DNA of 64,000 nucleotides from Hypanus sabinus (taxonomy: Eukaryota): assembly GCF_030144855.1 (NCBI RefSeq), contig NC_082720.1, positions 29,884,001 through 29,948,000 on the forward strand. Reading direction: 5' to 3'. The first letter of the stretch is position 1, and every line of letters begins with the position of its first letter. The notes under the pieces are model-generated. The model worked only from the letters and a program-made list of their open reading frames with translations. It ran no database searches and was not told where the DNA came from. Positions 1 to 11,280 of this stretch are shown in pieces. Position numbers and translations under genes: made by a program.

Positions 1-250
1 TTCCCTGTCGAGGGTCCAAGCTCAGTGCCAGAGACAGGACCACTACAACTTGTTCCTGGTAGGTCATTCCCACCAACAGTATCCAAAACGGTATACTTAT
101 TGTTGATGGGAACGGCACAGGGGTGCTCTGCTCTCTCTGTCTGCTCCCACTGCCTCTCTTGACTGCTACCCATTTGCCTATCTCCTGTCTTTTCGGTGTG
201 ACTACCTCCCGATAACTCTTATCTATCTCAATCTCTGCCTCCCGATGATC
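1..250 (-). mobile_element. CR1-type LINE, decayed ORF1 fragment in RPL26 intron
   Basis: Reverse strand resembles the CR1 ORF1 region seen at 38700-39050 (compare ctctttctaacaagtataccgttttgg-like segment with cacttaacaataagtactccattttg). Boundaries approximate. Confidence 0.6.
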
Positions 251-548
251 CACGGGGTTTGTGGATCTCGGGTAGGAGGCAGAAATGGATAGTGTGGGAT
301 TCAGGAACGATGAGGTTGGTGGCAGTAGGCGGGAAATTCCCAGTCAATAAGGTTGGTAAGTCAATAATAGTGTGGGAGGCAATGGCCTGGTGTAACTTAG
401 TGGGGTCCTGATTGAGGGGTAAGTAAGAGGTGTCTGAGAGTTGGGAGCTAGGCCTCAGCAAGCTAGAGGTCAGTACGCCAGACCATTACAGCATCTCCCT
501 TGTCTGCGGGTTTGATGGCGAAGTTAGGATTGGTGTGGAGGGAGTGGA
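251..548 (-). mobile_element. Penelope-like element internal fragment (RT N-terminal region)
   Basis: Minus strand encodes IKPADKGDAVMVWRTDL, the KPADKG motif typical of Penelope-like reverse transcriptases. Confidence 0.75.
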
Positions 549-824
549 ATGTCCTTAAGCTCTCTTCATACAACAAACTTGCCTACCATCCATCAATCTG
601 GTGAATCTTTGCTGCAATCCTCCTTACCCTAAGTATATCTTCCTTCAATAGGAAGACCATCCATACATAATTCTTAAGCACCTTAAGTAATTAGAGCAAG
701 TCTATTCTCTTCCCGCATACTGAAACCAACTTCCAATAAATGCCTATGTTTTGTTTAACTCTCTGTACAAGAATATTCAATTCCCAACAAACATTAACTC
801 CATGAAACCTAACATAGGAGCAGA

Positions 825-944
825 CACAAAGTATACTGCAGATGCTGTGGTCAAATCAAAACGTACAAAAAAGCTGGATGAACTCAGCAGGTCGGGCAGC
901 ATCTGTTGAAAGAAGCAGTCAACGTACAGCTTTTTTGTACGTCT
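825..944 (-). mobile_element. 120-bp Penelope-like mini-insertion (pLTR 3' end plus short inverted copy) with 15-bp TSD
   Basis: Direct repeat taacataggagcaga at 810-824 and 945-959. Internal acgtacaaaaaagctg is inverted as cagcttttttgtacgt. Same subfamily as 49255-49854. Confidence 0.85.
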
Positions 945-1523
945 TAACATAGGAGCAGAAATAGGCACTCAGCCCGTTAAGTCTACCCCACCATGGTAGA
1001 TTCATTACTCCTCTCAATCTCATTCTCCTACCTTCTTATCTGGTCTGCACTACTTCAGGCATAGCCTTCCTCTGCTTTATTTCCTCCACTACTCTGCAAC
1101 TGGAGGCAATTTTTATTTCTTTTCTCCTAGCTGAGGAACTATCATCAATCTGATACAGTAACTGTCTCTCTCCACAGGTGCAAAATAGTGTATTTACATT
1201 TTTTTTCTGTGTGGCTGAGTAGAAACGACTATCTAGATAATTACTACCAATGGGTCTGAGAAGCCTCATTTTCCATCATGCCAATAAGACACAAAAAAAC
1301 CACTGAAAATCTGAAACTGGAAGTGCTAATAATTCTCTCTGAAATACATCTGAGAGCAGTTACATTGCAGTATACGTCCAAGGAAAAGCAAAATCCATCT
1401 CCAACTTTTAATTTGTCCACCCAACTGATGCAAGTATTGCACATTATTACAGCATTATAACAAATCCAGAATTCGAATTGCATCAGACACTTTGGGTGCA
1501 ATCTCAGATAGAATCCCGGGTTA

Positions 1524-1772
<249 letters not shown>

Positions 1773-2077
1773 CTACAACCAAAAGCACAAAATGCTACCT
1801 TAGCAGGCAGCAGGAATAATTGCTCTACCTCAGTCGTGTGGAGCCAGAGCCAACACAAGCCCGGTAACCAAACGCCGAGCCCTCAGTCCACCATCCCCGG
1901 CCCTTCTAATAGGCCCCGCGGGCTTCAACAGTTGTCTTGCCAATCCGCGCACCATCTTTCAAAAATATTAACGCAGGCACCAAGTGTATTGCTCCCCTAA
2001 ATAATATCGACGACTGATTGCCCCGGAAAAGCTGGCAAGCCAGCGGATGTCGGCTGATTGTAAAGAAGGACTCTTAC

Positions 2078-2118
2078 CGTCCGCCCCGCTCCCTTATGGC
2101 CGCCAGGAGAAAAGAGAG
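2078..2118 (-). other. RPL26: RPL26 non-coding exon 1 with 5' terminal oligopyrimidine (TOP) tract
   Basis: Minus strand CTCTCTTTTCTCCTGGCGGCCAT...GGACG|GTAAGAG: pyrimidine start, YY1-like GCCAT and a canonical donor. Confidence 0.85.
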
Positions 2119-2230
2119 CTGACGCATGCGCCGTGCACCATTAGTCAATTTCCAATTCGCGCGAGATTTCGGAAGGGCCCGGCGAGCCGCTGCATCCCGG
2201 ATATCGTGCCGACCACGGACCGGGAAAAGA
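2119..2230 (-). promoter_or_regulatory. RPL26 CpG-island promoter
   Basis: CpG-rich. NRF1-like cgcatgcgc (2123-2131), TCTCGCG-type (BANP/ZBED1-like) element near 2157-2166 and ETS CGGAAG near 2170-2176, all typical of ribosomal protein promoters. Confidence 0.7.
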
Positions 2231-2247
2231 TCCCTCTATACGGGGAG

Positions 2248-2367
2248 AGAATCTGCAGATGCTGGGAATCCGAGCCAAACACTCAATGCTGGAGGAACTC
2301 AGCAGACCAAGCAGCATCTATGTGGGGGAAAAAGTACAGTCGACGTTTCTGGCCGAAACCCTTCAGC
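2248..2367 (-). mobile_element. Penelope-like pLTR 3' fragment
   Basis: gaatctgcagatgctgg...gctggaggaactcagcag...gtcgacgtttctggccgaaacccttc is the reverse complement of the pLTR end at 34950-35074. Confidence 0.8.
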
Positions 2368-3247
2368 TTCTGTTTCGCAGCTACTTTGCCCAAAGCAAAT
2401 TGAGATAGCAGGTGGATTACTAGTAAAACGTTGGTCCGGGAGTTTAAGAAATTGACACAGGATTTTTGATGATTGTCAAATTTTGGGCTCAGTGTTTGGA
2501 GTAGAACTTAATTCAGGAGTGTTTTAACTCATGTAAAAATGCCACCAACCAAGCTGCCAGTAACATTTGGGAGATAAACAGTATGTAGCTCGCACTTTCA
2601 TTAGGCACAAGAAAAACTTCAATATAAATGACTGAAAAGGATACAGTAGTTGTATGGGATAAAAAGGTGAGTGAGTGTGGATCAAGTGGCAAGATGGAAG
2701 TCAAGGCGACTGGATATAGGATGTAGTGGGTGACCAGGGCGATCTACATTGTCTTTATGCTCTTTGCGCTCCAGAACGCGTGCTGGGAAACGCCTTCCTG
2801 CCCGTTGGAGCAGCTCGTAGTTTCCTCCGCGCAGTCCACCGAATCCAGTCCTCATATACTTTGGGTAGACAATCCCGATCACCGAGGTTTCAAAAACCCC
2901 AACGGCCTGTATAAGCTGTTGCCCAGATTGTGCCGTTGTCATATCCAACCAGCTTACGTGGAACTACAGGTCTTCACACCCTCCCTGCCACCCCACATTC
3001 TCCTGTAGGGGCAAGTGTGTATGTAATGTATTAATAGTAGGCCAAAATATAACGAGGTCAAAAATAGTGTTGAGTAGATATTATAAAAACACGAATAGTT
3101 GGTCAGTTATTAATTATAAATAGTCATGGGATTCTTAATGCTGGGGTGTTGAATTGGTACCCAAGTACAAGTTTTTCAAGGAACCAATGAGGTTCCTGCA
3201 GTACACTAAGCAAGGTCCTTAAGGCAGAACTTGTCAGTAACAGATCA

Positions 3248-3545
3248 CACACACACAATCAATGCTGGAGGAACTCGGCAATGTCAAACAGCATCTATTG
3301 CAGACAATAAACTGACAATGTTTTAGGCTGAGAACTTTCATAGTGAAGAGGACAGAAGCCAGAATAAAGGTGAGGAGTAGGTTACATCAGGGGAAGGAGC
3401 ACAAGATGACGGGTGATAAAATGAATCCAGGGGAGGGTGAAAAAGGAGGGTGGGATGAAGCAAGAAGCTGGAAGGTAACAGTCCAACAAGGACTGTGGGT
3501 CATGGAAAAAGTGAAGCACTACCAGGTGCTGGGCAGTGAGAAGGG
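3248..3545 (-). mobile_element. Decayed Penelope-like pLTR fragment
   Basis: aatgctggaggaactcggcaatgtcaaacagcatctat followed by a purine-rich tract, like 11290-11600 and 32690-33050. Confidence 0.65.
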
Positions 3546-3605
3546 GTGGGCATCTTGTCTAGATTGCAACAATATACAAATACTCATTTCAATGCACAAT
3601 AAGAC

Positions 3606-3617
3606 TTTATTAAAAAA
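3606..3617 (-). terminator. PTTG1 polyadenylation signal AATAAA overlapped by a CPE-like U-tract
   Basis: Minus strand TTTTTTAATAAA, about 130 nt after the PTTG1 stop codon. Confidence 0.75.
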
Positions 3618-3740
3618 GTTTGAATACACTGCATAAATAATGACAATATCTTCAACGTTTAGGGTCCATCTGGAAGATGCAAACATGCAATTACATACAA
3701 ATTACAATAAACATAGCTTGAAGTTTCAGGTGATTAGCAA

Positions 3741-3826
3741 TCAGAAGTCATATTCCATTGATGGCAATTCAATTTTGATTCCATCCAGGTCTGCCAATAT
3801 ATCAGTTTCATAGAAATCCAACGAAT
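3741..3826 (-). CDS. PTTG1: Securin, last coding exon
   Basis: ttgtag|AT..., encodes (D)SLDFYETDILADLDGIKIELPSMEYDF*; similar to the human C-terminus ILSTLDVELPPVCCDIDI; phase 1 matches the previous exon. Confidence 0.9.
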
Positions 3827-3905
3827 CTACAAGTTAAAAGATAGATATGTAGTTTCATCACCAGAAAGAGAGCTCATTTAAGTAAAAATACAAAACAGTG
3901 CATAC

Positions 3906-4064
3906 CGGATTCGTTTACGGGTGACAGCTGTTTCATAGGTGACGGGACTTTATTCAGCACTTCTTCCATTAAAGCTCCTTCCTTCTCCAGAAAAGAGAGC
4001 GGCAAGCCTGCCAGATAGCTGTGATCAAGCCTGTGTTCCTCTGGCAAAGTAAAATCTTCAAAGT
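3906..4064 (-). CDS. PTTG1: Securin, coding exon 4
   Basis: ttgcag|AC...G|GTATG, 159 nt, encodes (D)FEDFTLPEEHRLDHSYLAGLPLSFLEKEGALMEEVLNKVPSPMKQLSPVNES; matches human DFESFDLPEEH...PSPVK including the LPE motif. Confidence 0.95.
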
Positions 4065-4190
4065 CTGCAAGTAAACATTAAAAGTTTAAATTCTCTAAAC
4101 CTGAAATCCAGACTCCTGTTTTTCTCAACTTTACACAATTTGGCAAGGCTTTTAGTTCACTCAAGGCAACAAGATTGAACCTGCAGTCTT

Positions 4191-7100
4191 GGTATTCTGG
4201 TGGCTGTAATAGAGTAGGTTGCAGTAGCTACGTGCTCCAAAATTATTCGCTTACTTTGCTGTTTAAAACTATCTCAGTGAGAGCACCACGAGTAGAAAAC
4301 ACTCTAGAAAAGAGGTTACTTTAGAGACTTTGGCTGAAATGTCTCAACAAATGTCAGAGAGACTCAAACAACTGGATAAACTGGATGACTTGGAATCCAA
4401 GTTTGACTTGTTACAGAATTCCTTCGACCTGGTTAAATCTGAACTGAAAACACTTAATCGGAAACTTGGAGGTATACAGCAGACTGCGAATGACCATGAA
4501 ATTAGTATTAAGCTGCACGAAGAATCTCTGCCGGTGTTGCAGAAGGATATCGAAGGTTTCAAGAAAATTTCTAAGGAACAACTTAAAAAATGCGACGCGT
4601 TACTGAGGAAACCGACAGATTTGGAGGCCAGGAAACGAAGGTGCAATATCAGAATTCTTGGGCTTCCTGAAAAACTGGAGGGTAATCAACCTATCGATTT
4701 TTGTGCTCAAATGCTGAAAGATTTATTCCCCGATATATTATCGGAACTACCAAAATTTGAGTGCATTCCCCGAGTTACACCACCTAATTGGGATCCTGCC
4801 AAACCTTGCTCTATTATCATTCGCTTTTATGACTATCAGATTAAAGAACAGATCCTTCGTGAATCAAGGAAGAAACGCATATTACAATTTCGTGATCAAC
4901 AGTTTTGGATCGTTCAAGATTATCCACCGGAAGTTTTAAGAGCTAGACAGGCTTTTAAATAGGTCATGTCTGATCTTTTTAAGCTTGGCTGTCGCCTTTC
5001 TCTCAGAGATCCGTGTAAACTCAAGGTTACTACTTCTGATAATAAGGTTTCTTGGTTTACGAAGCCTGAAGAAGCCAAGAATTTTTTTTTACATAGTCTC
5101 TATGCTTAAATTTAACCTTGAGTTGCTTTATGCCAAATGTTTTAATTTCAGGTGTTCAATCAAGTAATTGGCACTTTGTTGATAAGGTTTCTTGGTTTTA
5201 CGAAGTTTTAATCATTTGTTTGATTAAGTAACTGGCGCCTTGTCTTTGAAACTATGCAAATATGCAGGCAGACTGCAAACATTTTCTCTTTTGTTTTCCG
5301 CCTTTATATGGGTCCTCTAATGTTACTTTCTTGCAGCTCTTTTTAAACAAAACGTTATATTCTCTGTTATTTTTATTTTTACCTTCCTTTTAGTAATTTG
5401 ACTGGAAGTAATTATGTAGGGTATACATGCAGTAATTATTGAGGAATGAAACTATGGGGTGTTTTGCTTTACTTTAAATTCATTCAGATTTTTCCTAAAT
5501 TTTGATTATTTATACATTTTTCAGTCTTTTACTGTTTTTCCAATAGTATACAATATTCTATTGCTGGTTTTTGGTTTTTTCATTATTTTACATTTTGTCA
5601 TCGTTTTTTTCCTCTCTTGAATGCCTCAAATTAGTCATGTAGGAAGTTATCTAAACCGCTTCCCTTTCTAATTATTTTCTTTTTGTTTCTCTACTCCTTT
5701 TCTTTGCACCCGTAAGTATATGTTGTTTTTACTTACTGATTTTTCTCATTTGTCTTTCCTTTTTACCGAGATTAATACTTATATTTTCCCATGGTTTTTT
5801 CTCGTAAATAGCGAACTTATTTACTTTGATATTTTGTTTTTGTATACATATATTTACAATCATTTATTCAGCTCAGCTATACATATACATTTTTTGGAGC
5901 CACCGGAGTTTTGGGTTGGGAACGTTAGAATTAGTCTTCAGCCTCCCTTGGCTGATTTCTCTCTTTGGGGGTGGGGGGGGGGGGGGAAATGGGTTCTTCT
6001 ATAAAGCTGATTGGATGTTTTCACTGTTTTACTTATTCACTATCTACATGTTTGTGATTACCTTTTATACATTACTAAAGGATACTTGATGGATTTTTTT
6101 ATTAATATACTCAGTTTTAATGTGAAAGGTCTAAATAACCCTGTTAAAAGAAATAAGATTTTCTCTTATATCCGGAAACTTAAAACTCGTATAATCTTTC
6201 TCCAAGAAACCGATATTCGTAAAGATGATATTTCACGCTTTTTCAAAAGATGGAAGGGTATACATTTTCACTCACCCTCTCAATCTAGATCGAGAGGCGT
6301 CTCTATCCTGTTTGATCAGAATGTATCCTTTATTCAACATAATGTAATTTCTGATACAAATGGGCGCTTTGTTATTGTTTCAGGTAGTCTTGAGAATAAA
6401 CTAATCATATTTGTGAATGTATACGCTCCAAATACAGATGACTGCTTGTTCTTTGAACATCTTTTCTCTTTTCTGCCTGATTTGAATCGGTATTCCTTAG
6501 TGATGGGTGGAGATTTTAATTTTTGGCTTGACCCTATATTAGATCGCTCTTCAAGTAAAACCCCTGTCACTAATAAATCAGTCCTACTTTTTAAATCTTT
6601 TCTATTTCAATGTGGTATTCTCAACATGTGGCTTTTTAAAAAATATATAAACACCCCCAAGAAAAGGAATATTCATATTTCTCTCAGGTTCATCATATGT
6701 ACACTCGGATCGACTACTTTTTTTATAGATAGAAACTTGCTTCCACTGGTTCGATCCTGTGATTATAAGGGGATTGCTTTGTCTGATCATGCACCTGTGC
6801 TTCTGGCTTTAAGATTACCTGTTTACTCTGTACCAAATAGAAGTTGATGTTTTAACTTATTGTTATCTGATAAAAATTTCCTAAAGTTTTTGGAAAACCA
6901 TATTACTTTTTTCTTTAAAGAAAATTTTAAAGGAGATACTGCTGGTACTATAGTCTGGGATACTTTTAAAGCATATATTCGTGGAGAAATTATCTCTTAC
7001 TCTACCTATATAAAGAAAAAAGCTGATAAAGAAAGGTCTGACCTAGCAGCGATATTAAAAGATCTTGATCGAAAGTATGCCCTATCTCCAGATCCAACTA

Positions 7101-10100
7101 TATATAAGCGTATTGAAATCCAATCCAAGTATAATCTTCTGCTGACTTACCGAATTGAACGACAGCTGTTGAGAGATAAAACTCAATTTTACATTCACAG
7201 GGTTAGAACAGGTATTTTATTAGCCAATCACTTAAAATCTTTTACAGTTAATCGTCAAATCACAGAAATTTTTAAAGATAATGGTACTAAGATATCCGAG
7301 CATTCTGAAATTAACAACGTATTTAAAGACTTTTACCTTCAGTCTGACTCTTTAGATGATACCTATATGAATGCTTTTTTCAGTAATATCAACATTCCTA
7401 CATTGTCTGCAGATAGCCCAACACAGTTAGATCAGCCTATTTCCAAGGAAGAAGTGGCTGAGGCTATATGTGCTTTACATTCTGGTAAGACCCCAGGACC
7501 TGATGACTTTCCTGGGGAGTTTTATAAAACTTTCACTACATTACATACATCTTATTTATCCTCTGTTTTATCAGAGTCCTTTAAATCAGGCAAACTCCCT
7601 CAATCTTTTTAGGAAGCTTTTATTTCTCTTATTCTTAAAAAAAATAAAAATCCAGCTGAATGTTCTTCATACAGACCAATCTCTTTATTAAATGTTGATG
7701 CAAAAATCTTATCCAAAATCTTAGCTCGAAGACTTGAAAACATTTTACCATCTATTATATCACATGACCAGACAGGATTTATTAAAAATCGTTACTCAGA
7801 TTTTAATATACATCGGTTATTGAATGTGATACAGTCACCATCCAAAAAAAAGAGTGAATATTATCCTTAGATGCAGAAAAAAGCCTTTGATAGGATTGAG
7901 TGGAATTATCTTTTTAAGACCTTAGAAAAGCTTAATTTTGGGCCTAATTTTATTTGTTGGGTTAAATTAATTTACTTGTCTCCTACTGCTCAGGTTATTA
8001 CTAACTCTCAAATTTCTAAGCCCTTTAAATTATGGCAGGGAACTAGACAAGGTTGCCTTCTTAGTCCTTTACTTTTTGCTTTAGCTATAGAACCCTTAGC
8101 AATAGCATTTCAAGAATCCAAGGACATTTCTGGTATATTAAGGGAAGGTATGACTCAAAATGTCATTATACGCTGATGATATTTTACTTTTTATCTCTAA
8201 CACTGAAACTTCTTTACCTTCGGTTCTTTCTTTAATTTCCCAGTTTAGTTCTTTTTCAGGATACAAGCTGAACTTACATAAAAGTGAGCTATTTTCTTTA
8301 AATGGCCTAATGTCATCAAAGGCCAAATTTCCGTTCCAAGTTACAAGTCAATTTACATATCTAGGTGTAACAATTACTACAAACTTCAAGAATTTATTTA
8401 AAGAAAGCTTAAACCCGTTATTGAATGTGAAAAAGACGCTTTCTAAATGGTCTCCTCTTTCTTTCTCCCTAATTGGCTGAATTAATTCGATTAAAATGAA
8501 GATTCTCCCTAAATATATATATATATTTTTTAAATATATCTTTTTCAGGCCTTACCTATTTTTATTCCTAAGACCTACTTTGATTCTTTAGATTCAATTT
8601 TAACATCTTATATTTGGAATAATAAGCAAGCTCGTTTAAGTAAAGTTTACCTACAAAGAAATAAAGAGATGGGTGGATTAGCCCTATCCAATTTTAGGTT
8701 TTACTATTGGGCTGCCAATATAAGGAATATTACTTTCTGGTCCTATTATATTTAGCTTAAAGATTGCCCATCCTGGGTCTCCTTAGAAGTTGATTATGTA
8801 AAAAATTCCTCTATTGTCTCTCCTCTTGGATCATATTCTTCTTTTTCAGCAAATAAAAGAACAGATAACATAATTGTTAAACAAACTTTAAGGATTTGGT
8901 CTCAATTTAGGAAATTTTTTGGTTTAGCGAATTTTTCATTATCATCTCCCATTCTCCTTAATTATTAAAAATTTTTTAATTTTTTTTTAAAATCCCTTCC
9001 GCGACTGACAAAGTCTTTAAGGATTGGGATGAACTAGGTATTAAGTGTTTTTGGGACCCGTTTATCTCAGGATCTCTTGCTTCATTTGACCAATTGTCAA
9101 CTAAATCTGCACTCCCAAAAAACACATTTTTACAGATACCTCCAAATTTGAGATTTCTTACGTTTCCAATTAACTACTTTTCCTATAAGTCCTGATAAAA
9201 ATTTACTGGATGATCTTTCAAATTTAAAACCTTTTGTTAATGGTTCTATTACCGGTATCTATAACTTGTTGATTGAATCTAGAGAAGACTTTTTAAGATA
9301 AAAAAGCTTGGGAGGATGACCTAAATTATCAGATTTCTGATGATAGATGGAATAAAATTCTTAAACGGGTTAATAAATCATCTTTCTGTGCTCATCATTC
9401 TCTTTTACAATTTAAAGTGGTTCACAGAGCTTACATTTCTAAACAGAAGCTGTCCAGTTTTTATCCAGATGTTTCTCCACTTTGTAATAAATGCAACTCG
9501 TTTTGGTTTTGCCCTAAAATTGAAAAGTTTTGGTGGGAAGTATTCCATACCTTTTCACAACTTTTTAGGGTCCAATTTGACCCAAATCCCTTACTGCCTT
9601 GTTTGGTATTATTGCAGATGAAGATATAACTTTAAGTACTTCTAACCTACAGGTTTTAGTTTTTAAACCTCTTTTAGCAAGGAGAGCAATCTTGCTTAAA
9701 TGGAAGGAGTCTACCCCTCCTACACATCTTCAGTGGCTACGTGATATTATGTCTTATTTAAATTTCGAAAAGATCCGCTGCTCAGTCTTAAATTTGAAAC
9801 AATCCTTTGATATCTGGGGACCTTTACTTTTCCAATTTATAATGTTTAACAGTGCACAGACTTCTCTGTATACTTTTATCTTCTCTTAAGTGAATACGTT
9901 TTTTTCTTAATTATCCATTATCATCGATCAGCTTTTTTCTTTGGTAGTTGGTAGGGGGTTGACTTTTTTAAATATAAAAAATTTCTTTTATGATGTATGA
10001 CCTATCTTTAAATTTTTGATTACAGAGTGGTATACCTTTGTGTTATGCTATAACATCTTGATCAATTTTAATCACAATATATGAATGTACACAAGTTATG

Positions 10101-10162
10101 TTGAGATGTATCTGTTGCACTCTGTAAATTTTTTTTTCTTCTGAATAAAAATATTGTAAAAA
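4191..10162 (+). mobile_element. Full-length (about 5.97 kb), inactivated L1-clade LINE in PTTG1 intron, antisense to host
   Basis: ORF1 about 4330-5110 (coiled coil, DLEARKRRCNIRILGLPE, premature TAG at 4960-4962). ORF2 about 6089-9890 (SFNVKGLN and SDHAP endonuclease motifs; QGTRQGCLLSPLLF and YADD RT motifs; frameshifted). AATAAA and A-rich end near 10145-10162. 14-bp TSD gaacctgcagtctt at 4177-4190 and 10163-10176. Confidence 0.95.
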
Positions 10163-10608
10163 GAACCTGCAGTCTTTACAGAAAGAGTATAGGCCTGGTG
10201 GGGTGGCCGGGTGGGGGGGGGGGGGGAATGGAGGAGAGAAGAAAGGAAAACTTACAGCAAAAAAAGTATATCTTGTAACAAAGTTCTTCACAAGACAAAT
10301 TTTTTTTGTAAGCTTTTGAAGTTAAGATATTTTAAAAATCTTGATAGTAACACTAGTACTCTAGGAAATGCCTCTGGGTTCTCCAGAGCCAATTGTGCTA
10401 GGAATTGTTAATTCAAAATTATAGCAAACTATTTCCACTGTTAGATTCTTAAGGGAAGTCACTAAAACAGTTAGTGAAAAATAGATACAACACAGGCAAA
10501 GAGACAGTTTCTGTTAAGTTACTTCCAACAATGCAATTTAAGTTCTTAAATCTTTCTTCATAATACTCTTCCCTTGAATTCATCCTATAGAAGTTTTCAG
10601 TCACTTAC

Positions 10609-10708
10609 CAAAAGGATCAAATGGAATGAAAGCTTCAATTTCAGGATAATCTTCAGGTTTCTCAACAGGACATCTTGGAGGCTCAGAAGTGGAAGTCTTT
10701 TCTGCAGG
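10609..10708 (-). CDS. PTTG1: Securin, coding exon 3
   Basis: ttgcag|CCT...G|GTAAGT, 100 nt, encodes PAEKTSTSEPPRCPVEKPEDYPEIEAFIPFDPF; matches human DAYPEIEKFFPFNPL (separase pseudosubstrate). Confidence 0.95.
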
Positions 10709-11280
10709 CTGCAAATACATGCATTAATTATCAGAAAGCGTTAAAGAATTAAGAGGTGCTCAGGCAAAATTAGCTTTCAAAATAAAACTATATACATCTC
10801 TTCAATTCTATGGTGCTACAGGTCTGAGGGGTGAAGGAAATATTTCTACTTCTATTTCTCACTTTGGAAAACAAACATCAAGCTTTTGATTTGAAAGATT
10901 AAAACAAAAAAAACAAACCGTCACTCTGCAACAAAGCAGATTTAGCATTTAAGGGATCAGAGAAGTGAACAAAGCAAGGCGGGGGGAATGAAGTATTTAA
11001 TCATTCAGGAAGGGGGTCAGATATTGGCTTCAGATGATATTGAATGCTCACTTTCCTTCTTAGAGGAGAAAAGGCCATAGCTGCAACTTTGGAATCAACA
11101 GCACTACTTTATTGCTTACCATTGCTCACTTTAAAAAAAGAGTACCATTAAGAAAATGTAGACCAACTCTTCAGCAAAGCATTTTTGTCTTACATTCAGA
11201 ACAGTAAGAAAACTGAATTATTAGCATTTAACTCCCTGTATAAAAATTTATAAAATTAACTCTGAAGCAATTGAAAGAGA

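Noticed and set aside
2047-2455. 118-aa and 109-aa + strand ORFs as a head-to-head gene
   Set aside because: They span the GC-rich RPL26 promoter and a Penelope pLTR fragment and show no recognisable homology.
4330-9889. Active L1 or domesticated ORF1
   Set aside because: ORF1 has a premature stop and ORF2 has many stops and frameshifts.
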